Virus record (IMG/VR): IMGVR_UViG_3300043959_000228
Length of the DNA: 64,000 nucleotides
DNA from: a virus
Lineage: Duplodnaviria; Caudoviricetes
Strand: one strand, 5' to 3'
Shown here in pieces: positions 1-10,507 of the stretch. The translations under genes and the position numbers were made by a program. Below the pieces are notes generated by a model. It ran no database searches, was not told the DNA's origin, and was given only the letters and a program-made list of their open reading frames with translations. Within the stretch, counting starts at the first letter, position 1. Each line of letters starts with the position of its first letter.

Positions 1-1
1 G

Positions 2-280
2 TCACTAAGATTCACCACCTTACTACAATCGAATCCAGCAATGAGCGACGACGAGAAGAAAGCTGTTCTATCATCGTTTGATGAATCAGATTTGAAGAGT
101 TCAGCTAGTAAGACCATTGATATGAGTACATCTAAGCAGTCAGAGAAGAGTAAGATGCTAGATAATCGCTTAGAGCTGGCGAGAGCATTCAGTAAAGCCG
201 GTGACGAAGTGACGAGGAAGTTACATAGTGATGTTGATACTGTGTCAGCATTGCAATCAGACCAGCATTCATCTGATTGA
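2..280 (+). CDS. hypothetical protein, probably the 3' part of a gene starting before the window
   Basis: The frame of ORF 41..280 is open back to the window edge and is followed by a strong hairpin. Confidence 0.55.
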   Translation, partial: SLRFTTLLQSNPAMSDDEKKAVLSSFDESDLKSSASKTIDMSTSKQSEKSKMLDNRLELARAFSKAGDEVTRKLHSDVDTVSALQSDQHSSD

Positions 281-304
281 TTCACACGATATCCATTTGA
301 TGAA

Positions 305-339
305 GAATAGCCCCATTGAATGTTCCGATGGGGCTATTC
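305..339 (+). terminator. intrinsic terminator-like hairpin
   Basis: GAATAGCCCCATTG / CGATGGGGCTATTC inverted repeat downstream of the stop at 280. Confidence 0.7.
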
Positions 340-362
340 TCAGATAAGCCTCTAGATTCTTA

Positions 363-382
363 GCGTCTTGATATCTAATTAT
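363..382 (+). promoter_or_regulatory. class II (GATATCT) promoter element, 20 bp identical to 41051..41070
   Basis: GCGTCTTGATATCTAATTAT occurs at both sites, each upstream of a gene. Confidence 0.65.
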
Positions 383-416
383 TGTAATAGCCAATACCTA
401 ATTAAAGGAGATCATC

Positions 417-1004
417 TTGTCAGATTATCAGGATAACGTATTCAATGAAACCAACGATCAGCAGGGTGACGCCTTATCATTTGACGTTCCAGACGAGGTA
501 TCCCATGATGTGTCCGACCAGCCTAAGAAGAAATCATCTAAGAACACGAAGAGGGTCATTAGAAAGGCGAATATCACGCCTCAGGCTGTAGAAGCCGTAT
601 TAGCTTGGCGTGATCGTTTAGAGTCAGCTGATGATCGTACGAAGAACTTAGCTGCGGAATTATTGAATCTTAAGAATACTGATGAATCGAAATTCATTTC
701 CGCTCTTATGGATAATGATACTGTGGCCATGGCGCGTAAGAGCATTAGTGAGGCGTTTGAATTATCACGATTATCAGATATGGGATTCGCCGTCGAGGTG
801 GCTAAGGTTGATCGTACCGATCGTAGGGATCTCTGGGATCTAGAATCGAAGATTGATCCCGAGCTGGCGAACGTGTTAACGAATGGATCTAATAAGCTTC
901 CTGTGAATGACCTTTATGAAGAAGTCAATCTTCTTCGTAGGATGCAGAAGGAATCAACAATCTTTAAGGACACGCTAGATGCTGTTACCGATCTTCTAGG
1001 ATGA
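417..1004 (+). CDS. hypothetical protein
   Basis: 195 aa ORF with TTG start and AAGGAG RBS. Confidence 0.75.
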   Translation: MSDYQDNVFNETNDQQGDALSFDVPDEVSHDVSDQPKKKSSKNTKRVIRKANITPQAVEAVLAWRDRLESADDRTKNLAAELLNLKNTDESKFISALMDNDTVAMARKSISEAFELSRLSDMGFAVEVAKVDRTDRRDLWDLESKIDPELANVLTNGSNKLPVNDLYEEVNLLRRMQKESTIFKDTLDAVTDLLG

Positions 1005-1056
1005 TGTTCCGGGCATGACGGTATTATGAGGAATACGATGAAGGAGAGAACATATT

Positions 1057-1848
1057 ATGGCAGAAGCATTGACTGATCGACAGAAAGAGTTAATTCGTCG
1101 TAGACGACGTGTGGCTAGACTGGTGTCATCAGGCAAGTCTAAAACTGATGTCGCTAAGAGTTTGAGTATTTCGACGCAGACGGTTACCCGAGACCTTCTC
1201 TGGATTAAAGAGCATGAATCGGAAAGACTCACGGCTAAGCCTAAATCTAAAACAAAGAAAACGCCTACTCGTAAGAAGAGTGGCGCTCACTCATCGGTAT
1301 CATCTACTCGTCCAAAGAAGACCGCGTCAGAAAAGATCGTCCAGAAAGACGATAATGACACTACAGCCTCAGACGTACAGAACCGCCGGTCTAACGGATC
1401 GGTAAAACCACCCGTACAATTACAGGTACGTGATGATAAAGACGAATCTGAGGCCGTTACAGAGTCTTTTAGAGCCATTCCACAGCAATCTGAGGACGGA
1501 TTTGATGAAGACGAGTCACAGACGTTCTCTGATGAGTTCAAGAAGACCATGAATCTCCTTGCTGACACGAAGCATACATCAGATTATCCAGATGTGCTGA
1601 CCTGGTGGAAGAATGATTCTAGTACACCATCAGAAGCCGCAGAGGGCGAGAAGAGTTATGCTGACGCGACTCATTCAGACCTCAAATCAGCGGATCGAGA
1701 GGCCGATGCAATAGACGCCTTTAACGCTATACCCGATGAGGATAAGTATGTGTACATGAAACATGAAGTGCAGGCCGCAAGATTGAGTGTTATTATCGGC
1801 GGTGTGTTCATAGGCTTAATTCTTTTTATGTTCTCAATGCTTTCATAG
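1057..1848 (+). CDS. HTH-domain protein with low-complexity linker and C-terminal TM helix
   Basis: RRRRVARLVSSGKSKTDVAKSLSISTQTVTRDL HTH, hydrophobic C-terminus, AAGGAG RBS. Confidence 0.7.
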   Translation: MAEALTDRQKELIRRRRRVARLVSSGKSKTDVAKSLSISTQTVTRDLLWIKEHESERLTAKPKSKTKKTPTRKKSGAHSSVSSTRPKKTASEKIVQKDDNDTTASDVQNRRSNGSVKPPVQLQVRDDKDESEAVTESFRAIPQQSEDGFDEDESQTFSDEFKKTMNLLADTKHTSDYPDVLTWWKNDSSTPSEAAEGEKSYADATHSDLKSADREADAIDAFNAIPDEDKYVYMKHEVQAARLSVIIGGVFIGLILFMFSMLS

Positions 1849-1858
1849 GAAGGATGAT

Positions 1859-2716
1859 ATGCAAGACGATTGGTCTGAGGAAAGCCCTGCGTCGTGGAAG
1901 AGTTCTTGGATAGAAGACGATGAGAACGATGATGAGCCTGAATTAAGTGTCAGTCACGAGTACTATGATTTAGACGCAGCGGCCGGTATGCCCATATGGG
2001 TAGACGAAGACACATTAGAATTCATCTTCTCCATTAGGTATAACTCTCCGGCATTCGATGGATCACTCCTTCAGGAAGACTATCGAATTATGGCTCATAA
2101 GGCCTTCTCAGACCTTATCATTGATCTTATCAAGCAGAAGCTGAAGATGATGGCCGCACGACCAGATCTTTATGACATGAATAAGATGCGTGACCGAAAA
2201 TATAATCTCACGACTATTAACACTGACAATATCATTGATATTGCTAAGAGTATGGGTATCAATCCCACGAAGACATCCGTTTTGACATTGGTCGCTGATG
2301 TGACCAGCGCATTAGAGAAAATTGTCATGCGGTCAATATCAGAAAGACCGGGCATGAATACTGCTGATAAGAATCTTGCTAAGAGTTTCTTGGAGAATCA
2401 GTTATGGGATGAAGACGCGCAATTACGATGGAGAGCAGTTCACGCTCATACATTAGCGGCCATGTATTCATATGACGCCTTACCTAAAAGCATTAAAATC
2501 CTCCATCATCTTGATGATTACATTCTTAGTGAAATGCACGATGGATCATTACAAGCGGCCAATCTTAATGTGACCTTTATGGACGCCTATCTTAATGACG
2601 ACGTTGTTCTCTATGTATTAGAAAGATTAGGTGACCCATATGATACGCGTGATGATGACATGATTATTGATGAGGCCATAGAGGATGTACGAACCGGGGA
2701 ATGGCAGGATTTCTAA
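1859..2716 (+). CDS. hypothetical protein
   Basis: 285 aa ORF with RBS, directly after the previous gene. Confidence 0.75.
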   Translation: MQDDWSEESPASWKSSWIEDDENDDEPELSVSHEYYDLDAAAGMPIWVDEDTLEFIFSIRYNSPAFDGSLLQEDYRIMAHKAFSDLIIDLIKQKLKMMAARPDLYDMNKMRDRKYNLTTINTDNIIDIAKSMGINPTKTSVLTLVADVTSALEKIVMRSISERPGMNTADKNLAKSFLENQLWDEDAQLRWRAVHAHTLAAMYSYDALPKSIKILHHLDDYILSEMHDGSLQAANLNVTFMDAYLNDDVVLYVLERLGDPYDTRDDDMIIDEAIEDVRTGEWQDF

Positions 2717-2795
2717 TTAGACGACATCGTTTTCGTGAATATGATATAATATCGATACGATGCTATGATTATCGTAATAGGAAAGGATACGATCG

Positions 2796-3443
2796 ATGAA
2801 ACGATCAAATACATGGATACTCGACGTGCTTATCGTCTCCTTAGGCGTCATCGGTGGGGTGCTCATGATTTTTGACATGCATCTCTTCATCATGTATCTT
2901 ATTGGATTGGGCATTGTTTCCTGTATAGCCATTGGCGTATCCATACCTATAGCCATGATGATTAGAAAAACTAAATTCAGACGCGAGATCAAAGCCATGA
3001 GAAAAAAGCAACACGATCTCGACATTGCTCGCCAGCAAGACGCTGAACGAACCAGGGACGCTCTTGATAATGTTGACACGACGTCTCCAGTAACCTATCT
3101 ACAGGATAGAGCCCAACATGGCAATATAACCGCGTCTAACATCATATCGATGTATAAGAAACTTGAAGTCCTCCGCCTTAGAAACGATATGTCCGTTGAC
3201 TCTTTACGTGAACAATATCAGAATAGATTTGAGGCTCTTAATAGTCTCATGGATTTCCAGCAGGATATGCATCAGGACGCCTCATTGTATACGATGACAC
3301 CAGATGAAGCTCGCAGTATGATTAACAAATCAGCTACAGCATTAGAACGATCATTACGCGATGATATTAAACAGATCGTTGATAATCAGACTATGAAAGC
3401 CCAGGCTGCGGCCGATTATCTCACTGCGGAGTCATCCATCTGA
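2796..3443 (+). CDS. membrane protein, 2 TM plus helical C-terminal domain (XpaC-like architecture)
   Basis: Two N-terminal hydrophobic helices; TGATATAAT extended -10 at about 2742 and AAAGGA RBS. Confidence 0.7.
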   Translation: MKRSNTWILDVLIVSLGVIGGVLMIFDMHLFIMYLIGLGIVSCIAIGVSIPIAMMIRKTKFRREIKAMRKKQHDLDIARQQDAERTRDALDNVDTTSPVTYLQDRAQHGNITASNIISMYKKLEVLRLRNDMSVDSLREQYQNRFEALNSLMDFQQDMHQDASLYTMTPDEARSMINKSATALERSLRDDIKQIVDNQTMKAQAAADYLTAESSI

Positions 3444-3536
3444 CAGCGTAAGACCTTTCAGCCTATGGCGTGTCTAATCGCGCGTATATGATACAATAGA
3501 TTCTACTATCAAATACTGATAAGATGGAGATGTATC

Positions 3537-4076
3537 ATGCGTCAAGAACAACAGGACACTCAGAGGATACCCGTAATACAACCAGTCATATATGACAAGG
3601 ATGAACCAGCGTCATCTAAGAATAAGAAGACCATTCCTACTTGGATCTGGGTAATCATTGGCTTCATTGTCGTTATCATTATCATGAATATGATCACTGG
3701 TGGTCATCAAACCACATCATCAGCAACACCATCAGCGTCGACATCGACCTCTCAGCCAGCAGTAAGAAAAACGATGAAAACTATTGCTCTTGACGGTCTC
3801 GCGGGTCAGAAATGGTCCAACGCTAAGAAGATCATTCTTTCACGAGGGGCCATTGTAGAAGACGCCGTTGTTCTTACAGACGATGGTAAGGAGCCAGTGA
3901 TTGATAGTAATTGGACGGTAGACTCCGTAGCAAGAGACACGAATGGTCAGGTGACTATTCATCTCAAGCATGATACGAATACTGATGTCAGTGGCGTTGC
4001 TGGTGACCTTAAGAACAAGGTGTCAGACGCTTACACCAATCTTACCGACGGATCTATTGGTCTGGGTAAGCATTGA
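3537..4076 (+). CDS. membrane-anchored PASTA-like protein
   Basis: TM helix, Ser/Thr linker, then a GLAGQKWSNAK...VIDSNWTV pattern; TGATACAAT upstream. Confidence 0.6.
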   Translation: MRQEQQDTQRIPVIQPVIYDKDEPASSKNKKTIPTWIWVIIGFIVVIIIMNMITGGHQTTSSATPSASTSTSQPAVRKTMKTIALDGLAGQKWSNAKKIILSRGAIVEDAVVLTDDGKEPVIDSNWTVDSVARDTNGQVTIHLKHDTNTDVSGVAGDLKNKVSDAYTNLTDGSIGLGKH

Positions 4077-4328
4077 GCCGTAGTCCGACTAGCCGGTTTC
4101 CTATAATCCATCATCCGATGATACAATAGTATGGTTCCATATAGGATGATTGGAGAGAAGAATGCCTAGAATGCAGTATCGGCCGCAAGGCGGACATGAT
4201 CGAGAGCACAATCAGCAGGAGAGGATTAGCGTGAATGGAAACAGTATGATGTCATTTGTCACATCATCGAATACAATTACTATTCCGCTCGTCAGCGTCC
4301 TTGAGTTCATGATGGGATCTAAGCGATT

Positions 4329-4814
4329 ATGACGGCTATTCACACCAATGATTATCGACAATTACGCGATAAAGACATGGCTATTTATCAGATTGGTAAA
4401 GACTCTAATACCATGTTAACGCAGGACATTGTTGAGCAGACGGGACGAAGGAGTCATGTTCGTCTGAAGGTCAATGGACACGATATTGAGGAATTTGCTA
4501 ATTCTGATGAATTAGAATTATTAGGATTCGTTCGTCTTGAATACCATGACGATATTCCTCATTTGAATGTGAAGAAAACCAATATAGCCTATCTGATGGA
4601 GACTCTTAGATTTGCTTTAGGTGATTGGTATCATAGTGAGCTTCTTCGTCAATCAATATGGATGGATCTCGATGGCTCGTTCGCCAGATCGAGGAAAATC
4701 AATAAACGTCTTGCGGAATCGTGCATGGCCACTCTGAGAGACGTATACGACGCTAAGTTCTCGTCATCTTGGTTTGATGCTATGGAGAATTATGCGAAGG
4801 AACAAGTGTTCTGA
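4329..4814 (+). CDS. hypothetical protein
   Basis: 161 aa ORF co-oriented with its neighbours. Confidence 0.6.
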   Translation: MTAIHTNDYRQLRDKDMAIYQIGKDSNTMLTQDIVEQTGRRSHVRLKVNGHDIEEFANSDELELLGFVRLEYHDDIPHLNVKKTNIAYLMETLRFALGDWYHSELLRQSIWMDLDGSFARSRKINKRLAESCMATLRDVYDAKFSSSWFDAMENYAKEQVF

Positions 4815-4909
4815 TAGGCTTAGATGGTAACAGTTGTAACGATATCTACCATACAGTGGTATAATGCTATTATAGTTGATGACGTTGATTCACATAAGGA
4901 GAATTATAG

Positions 4910-7048
4910 GTGGCTATGAATAAGACCGCATCAGTTGATGCTGATAACTACACCGCGGACGATATCCTGCATTTCGAGTATCCATTATCGATATGGAAGC
5001 GACCATCCATGTATCTTGGTGAACGTGGAGGACAGCAATCAGTTGGTATTAGAGAGTTGACCGATAACGCGACCCAAGAAGGCCTACGTGGATTCGCTGA
5101 TCGTGTTCGAGTGGTCTTTAATGAAGATGGGTCAATCATCGTTCAAGACAATGGACGAGGACTTCCTGTTGACATGAACAAGAAGAGCCATGAGAATGGT
5201 ATCATCCTGACGATGGCCACACTTCACGCAGGTGCAAACTTCAAGTCAGACGTTAAGGCTGGGCAAGCTGGAGCTGGTCTTAACGGTGTTGGCGCATCTG
5301 TTACGAACGCCTTATCGAAACGATTCGACGTCCTCGTCTATCGTAATGGTAAAACCCATAGTCTGTCCTTCCAGAATGGCTATGCTGGACACTTCACTGG
5401 TGATGGGCCTGACGCTGACTTCACGAAGAGTGATGATATCGTAGTTACTAAGGACAATCGTCCCGCGTCAGAGAAAAAGTCTTGGAAAACAGGGACATGG
5501 ATTCGTCTATGGTATAACAAGGAGCGATTCCCAGAGGACGAGCATGTCGATAGGGACGATCTTATTGAGCGATTACGTGGTGTCAGTTACATCATTCCGA
5601 AGCTGCACATTGACATTCAGGATAGAATGCGTGTCAACGAGGATGGATCTCCTTATGAATACTCCTTCTACTCAGAATATGGCATCCCAGAATTCGTAGA
5701 GAACACGGCCCCCGATGAATTACTTCCAGAGTCAAATACGAATGGCTCAGAGTTTGAGAAGAAGGGCATTTACAGTATTAGCGTTGAGGGTCATTATCAA
5801 GAGCACACAACTGACGAACATGGTAAGGCGATTATCGCTGATCGAACAGTCACGGCTGATCTCGCCATGAGATGGGGTATCGGTTATGAGAAGACCCTGA
5901 AATCCTATGTCAATACGATCCAAACACATAATGGAGGCATTCATGAGGAGGCCTTCGAGAATTCCTTAACGAGGAGCGTCGTCAAGAAGATGGACTCCAT
6001 GAGGAGCGTCTTAACGAAGAAGGACGAGACGCCAATATCCGATGACGTACTATCTGGTGCTACAGTGATCCTATCAGTCAATGTACCCGAGCCACAGTTC
6101 GTTGGTCAGCAGAAGGATAAATTGTCTGGGCCTGAGGTCAAGAAAGCTCTTACAACCGCGTTGTCCAAGGGATTAAGCGACCTATTCGACTCGAATAAGA
6201 GTTTGCCGGCCTTTCGGGCAATCTTCGACAAAATTAAGACCACGGCTAATGACCGGCGTTCTGCTGATGAAGCGAAACTGTTGAAGCGTCAGTCACACCG
6301 AGTAACTAGTGCCTCGCTGCCAGCCAAACTATCCGATTGTGATATGGTTGGTTCCTCAGAATCAGAGTTACTGATTTGTGAGGGTGATTCAGCCGCGGGA
6401 ACAATTGTGAAGGCTCGTGACGCGACGTATCAGGCTGTCATTCCTATTCGAGGTAAGATTCTGAATTGTCTGAAAGCGTCGATGAGACAAATTCTGAAGA
6501 ACACGGAGATTGCTGACATTGCTAAGGCTCTAGGCGCAGGTATGGGCGACACGTTCGACTCTGATAAACTTCGATATGGGCGAGTTATCTTCGCTGCTGA
6601 TGCTGATGTGGATGGATTACAGATTGATAATCTGCTCTATACGGTTTTCAATAGATTATTCCATGATATGATCGTTGAGGGCAGGGTGTTCCAGGCCGTA
6701 TCACCATTATACGAGATTCGTTCTGGCTCTGGAAAGAACCAATCCACGTTCTATGCTATTGATGGTGATGAACGTGATAAAATTACTAAGCGGCTTGATG
6801 CTCAGAAGAAGACGTATAAGGTTGATCGTGATAAGGGACTCGGTGAGATGGAGCCAGATGACTTCTGGAATGCTGTGCTTGATCCTGAACAACGAACCTT
6901 GAAGCGAATTACTCTTGATGACGTGGCTCAGGCTGAGGAGGCGTTGACCTTAACGATGGATGATTCATCTGACGAGAAGAAGGATTTTATGGGCGACAAC
7001 TTCCAAGTAGCTATTGACACTGGGCTCATTGAAGGCTTCGGAGACTGA
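4910..7048 (+). CDS. gyrB: type IIA DNA topoisomerase subunit B (GyrB/ParE family)
   Basis: RPSMYLG, ELTDNA, DNGRGLP, EGDSA, PIRGKILN, DADVDG and KGLGEM motifs. Confidence 0.95.
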   Translation: MAMNKTASVDADNYTADDILHFEYPLSIWKRPSMYLGERGGQQSVGIRELTDNATQEGLRGFADRVRVVFNEDGSIIVQDNGRGLPVDMNKKSHENGIILTMATLHAGANFKSDVKAGQAGAGLNGVGASVTNALSKRFDVLVYRNGKTHSLSFQNGYAGHFTGDGPDADFTKSDDIVVTKDNRPASEKKSWKTGTWIRLWYNKERFPEDEHVDRDDLIERLRGVSYIIPKLHIDIQDRMRVNEDGSPYEYSFYSEYGIPEFVENTAPDELLPESNTNGSEFEKKGIYSISVEGHYQEHTTDEHGKAIIADRTVTADLAMRWGIGYEKTLKSYVNTIQTHNGGIHEEAFENSLTRSVVKKMDSMRSVLTKKDETPISDDVLSGATVILSVNVPEPQFVGQQKDKLSGPEVKKALTTALSKGLSDLFDSNKSLPAFRAIFDKIKTTANDRRSADEAKLLKRQSHRVTSASLPAKLSDCDMVGSSESELLICEGDSAAGTIVKARDATYQAVIPIRGKILNCLKASMRQILKNTEIADIAKALGAGMGDTFDSDKLRYGRVIFAADADVDGLQIDNLLYTVFNRLFHDMIVEGRVFQAVSPLYEIRSGSGKNQSTFYAIDGDERDKITKRLDAQKKTYKVDRDKGLGEMEPDDFWNAVLDPEQRTLKRITLDDVAQAEEALTLTMDDSSDEKKDFMGDNFQVAIDTGLIEGFGD

Positions 7049-7069
7049 TAAGGAGAGGTATAAGACAAA

Positions 7070-9478
7070 ATGGTGCGTAAGAAGAAGAATCATAGTGAAT
7101 TGACGGAGGAATCCCGTCTGAAATTCACGAAGGTCGCTAAGAATCTACAGGTTGTGTCGACACAGGACTGGTTGAAGACGAACTTCATTCCCTATGCCTG
7201 GTCATACACACTTGACCGAGCATTAGTTGATGTCTCCGGATTGAAGCCAGTGCAACGTAGAATTCTGTATACCATGTTCAAAAGGGGTCTCAGCCCGACC
7301 AGTAACAGAGTCAAGGTGGCGACGTTAGGCGGAGCGGTGCTGCAATTCCATCCTCACGGTGATGCGTCGGTCGTTCAGGCTCTGAAGAACATCGAACGAA
7401 AACACATTTTCAGGGTGCCATTAATCGATGGTAAGGGAGATTTTGGATCCATCGGTATGCCCGGCGCCGCTGGTCGTTATATCGAGGCTCGACTGTCTAA
7501 AGCTGCTTGGTTGAACGTTGAGGATATTAGCCAGAACGCTGTAGAAATGATCCCCAATTATGACAATACAACAGTTGAGCCAAAGCGTATTCCCGTCAAA
7601 TGGCCTGTTGGCGTCATTAACGGTGGATCTGGAATGGCTATCGCTTACGCGTCGAAGATTCCATCTCATAATCCTGGTGAGATTATGAAGGCGTGTATCG
7701 AATTAGTTAAGAATCCAAACGCAACGCATAGGAAATTAGAATCGATTATTAAGGGTCCTGACTTCGCTATGGGTGGTGTTATTGTCAGTAATGATGGTAT
7801 CAAGGATTATCTAGAGACTGGTTCTGGAACGTTCACGCTGAGATCAAAGTATGAGCTCATACCAATGAAGCGTGGCGCGTATCGAATCGAATATTATGAG
7901 ATTCCATTCGGTACGAATCCTGAGAAGATTATTGAGGACATTCAGAAGCAAATGGATAAGGGGAATCTTAAGGAGATCTCTAATTATAAGAACCTTTCTG
8001 ATTTGAAGCATCCTGTCCGCATGATTGTTGAGGTGAAAGCCGGTTCTCAAATTAAGAAGGTCATTGAGGATCTCTTCAGGATGACCTCGTTGCAGATACG
8101 ATTCTCAGTGAATATGACGACCATCGTCAATAATCGTCCTGAACAATTGCCTATGAGGGATATCCTATTAGACTTTATCGAATTCAGAAAGCTATGCATT
8201 GTTAATAAGACCAAATACATCCTTTCTAAAAAGCAAGACCGCCTCCATCTTATTGATGGATTAATGAAGGTTCTACTAGATATTGACGCTACCATCAAAA
8301 TTATTCGTGGTGCAGACAATGTGGATATTGCTCGTGAGAAACTGGCGAAGAAATTCCATATTGATGATGATCAAGCGAATTACGTCCTGTCATTGCAATT
8401 GCGTCGATTGACGAAGATGGATAAGCTAGAGTTGAATAACGAACACGATCAGCTGATTGACGAGGTTACATCAATGACTGATCTTATCAGTGACGGCACA
8501 AAGCTGAACGATTATCTTATCAAGGAGTTCAAGGAGACACTGAAAGTCATTGACGATGAACGCTGTACGGAGATTTCTGATCTCAGTGACGAGGAGTTCA
8601 ATAATCAAAAGACGACAGAGGTCAAGCAGATGAAAGCCGCTGGTAAGGGTGTGAAGACCTACGTGTACCAATTAGCTGACGGATCAATCTTCAAGACTCC
8701 GGTGAAACTGTCCACGGCAAAGGATCTAGAACAATCTAATCCTAGTCTTAAAGCCACGCCAATCACGTCAATGATGACCATGCCAGGTAATGCTGACATG
8801 GCTGTCCTTGATTCATCTGGACAGGCTTACACAACAAGCTTGCTCAGTATCGAGGATAATAAGAGCATCGACTTGAAGAAAAGTGGACTTCATCCTAATA
8901 AGCACACTAAGCCATTACTTACCATTGGTGATGGAGAATCAACGATCCTACTGGTAACGAAGACAGGAAGAACCAGACATATTAAGGTAGACAATGTCGG
9001 TAAGTGGTCTTCTACTGATGTCGTTAAACTAGATGATGGGGATGATATTGTTGGAGCTGTTGACACGTCGTCAGCAGTCAAGGGGTCAACGGTTATTATG
9101 GTTAGTAAACGTGGTAAGGTTCTACGATTCCCTCTAGATACATTGAAACCCTGTAATGCTGGATGTCAGACTGTAGCCGGTATGAGATTAGGTAAGGGTG
9201 ACGAGGTTGCATCAGTGACTATCGCTCGTCCAGATGCTGAGGTTATTGTAACGACATCAAGTGTGACGGCTAAGGCTACGCCAGCGAAAGATATTCCCGT
9301 CCAGAGTAGAGGTGGCGGCGGATCTAAGTTGCATCCAATCCTTGCTACTGATAGTATCGATCAGCTAGCCGTTGATCCAGTATTCGTATATCATGGTAAG
9401 ATTGTCCCTGCACCAGCGCCATCAGCTAGAGCAAGTCGTCCAGCGCCAATGCGAAAAGGCACCTTATTGTCTATGTGA
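7070..9478 (+). CDS. gyrA: type IIA DNA topoisomerase subunit A (GyrA/ParC family)
   Basis: GLKPVQRRILY, HPHGD, catalytic RY (AAGRYIEARL), IPSHN, LQLRRLT and a beta-pinwheel-like CTD. Confidence 0.95.
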   Translation: MVRKKKNHSELTEESRLKFTKVAKNLQVVSTQDWLKTNFIPYAWSYTLDRALVDVSGLKPVQRRILYTMFKRGLSPTSNRVKVATLGGAVLQFHPHGDASVVQALKNIERKHIFRVPLIDGKGDFGSIGMPGAAGRYIEARLSKAAWLNVEDISQNAVEMIPNYDNTTVEPKRIPVKWPVGVINGGSGMAIAYASKIPSHNPGEIMKACIELVKNPNATHRKLESIIKGPDFAMGGVIVSNDGIKDYLETGSGTFTLRSKYELIPMKRGAYRIEYYEIPFGTNPEKIIEDIQKQMDKGNLKEISNYKNLSDLKHPVRMIVEVKAGSQIKKVIEDLFRMTSLQIRFSVNMTTIVNNRPEQLPMRDILLDFIEFRKLCIVNKTKYILSKKQDRLHLIDGLMKVLLDIDATIKIIRGADNVDIAREKLAKKFHIDDDQANYVLSLQLRRLTKMDKLELNNEHDQLIDEVTSMTDLISDGTKLNDYLIKEFKETLKVIDDERCTEISDLSDEEFNNQKTTEVKQMKAAGKGVKTYVYQLADGSIFKTPVKLSTAKDLEQSNPSLKATPITSMMTMPGNADMAVLDSSGQAYTTSLLSIEDNKSIDLKKSGLHPNKHTKPLLTIGDGESTILLVTKTGRTRHIKVDNVGKWSSTDVVKLDDGDDIVGAVDTSSAVKGSTVIMVSKRGKVLRFPLDTLKPCNAGCQTVAGMRLGKGDEVASVTIARPDAEVIVTTSSVTAKATPAKDIPVQSRGGGGSKLHPILATDSIDQLAVDPVFVYHGKIVPAPAPSARASRPAPMRKGTLLSM

Positions 9479-9493
9479 GATAGAATGGATGAA

Positions 9494-9533
9494 AAGATGT
9501 CCGCACATCATGACTTTGATGTGCGGACATCTT
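9494..9533 (+). terminator. intrinsic terminator after the topoisomerase operon
   Basis: Perfect 17-bp stem AAGATGTCCGCACATCA / TGATGTGCGGACATCTT. Confidence 0.8.
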
Positions 9534-9547
9534 GATATCTACATGTT

Positions 9548-10438
9548 ATGAATAATCGTGAACAGCCCTGTTGCACAACGCTTATACGTCGATGGGTCGA
9601 GTCGAAGATACGCAGTGAATCTGGATTTATGGGTATGACTCATGCTTTATCAGCAGTGGCTCTTCTTATGATTATCTTCGTTATGAGCCCCCATATCATT
9701 GCTAAGGCCTTGCATGGTGACACTCAGCCAGCGTATCTTATCCTCTTACTACTAGTTGCTGTTGGTGGGGCATTGATGCCTGATCTTGATAACACCAATT
9801 CATCGGCTAAATCTGCTTTAGGTGTTATTGGTGTTGGTATCAGTGGATTCATGAGATTCACCGCACCAGTCATTCAAGGACTGTTACATACTAAGTATGA
9901 TAAGGACTATGACAATCCGCATCGCGGTTTCTATCACACAGCTTTATCGTCAATACTCTTCGGAGGACTTACATGGTTGCTCTGTTCAGATATTATTGAT
10001 ATTCCAGTATCTGGATCATTCCATATTAATGGAAAGATGTTCGCTCTTATCATCGTGTTCATAGGATCCCATATTGCCCTATCGACACTTGGGAAGCCAA
10101 TCATGAAGAAGGTGTCTCATGCTGCTGGCGTCATCGGATTCATTATGCCGACACTATTGTCATTGGCCATTGTTGGCGTACTATGGTCACAATTATCGAA
10201 TGCTACTGATTATCGATCTGTAGGATTAGCTTTTGGATTAGGCTGGCTGATTCATATTCTCGGGGATATGTGTACGACACAGGGTGTCCCAGTACTCTTC
10301 CCCATCCCTATTAAAGGCAAGTTATGGTGGCATGTCCGTTTACTACCAATAAAAGCCGGAGGAGCAGCCGAGAATTATCTGTTCATACCAGCTTTTATCA
10401 TCATCATTGTTGCGTGCACAGTAATCCTATTACTATGA
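9548..10438 (+). CDS. YdjM-like membrane metal-dependent hydrolase
   Basis: THALS, MPDLD, HRGFYHT and HILGD...GVP motifs; multiple TM helices; leaderless start 7 nt after GATATCT. Confidence 0.85.
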   Translation: MNNREQPCCTTLIRRWVESKIRSESGFMGMTHALSAVALLMIIFVMSPHIIAKALHGDTQPAYLILLLLVAVGGALMPDLDNTNSSAKSALGVIGVGISGFMRFTAPVIQGLLHTKYDKDYDNPHRGFYHTALSSILFGGLTWLLCSDIIDIPVSGSFHINGKMFALIIVFIGSHIALSTLGKPIMKKVSHAAGVIGFIMPTLLSLAIVGVLWSQLSNATDYRSVGLAFGLGWLIHILGDMCTTQGVPVLFPIPIKGKLWWHVRLLPIKAGGAAENYLFIPAFIIIIVACTVILLL

Positions 10439-10507
10439 TCACACGTTATATAATAGTATACAAGAATAAGCAATATCCTCTGATTGATGAGGATGGAGGG
10501 TACAATA

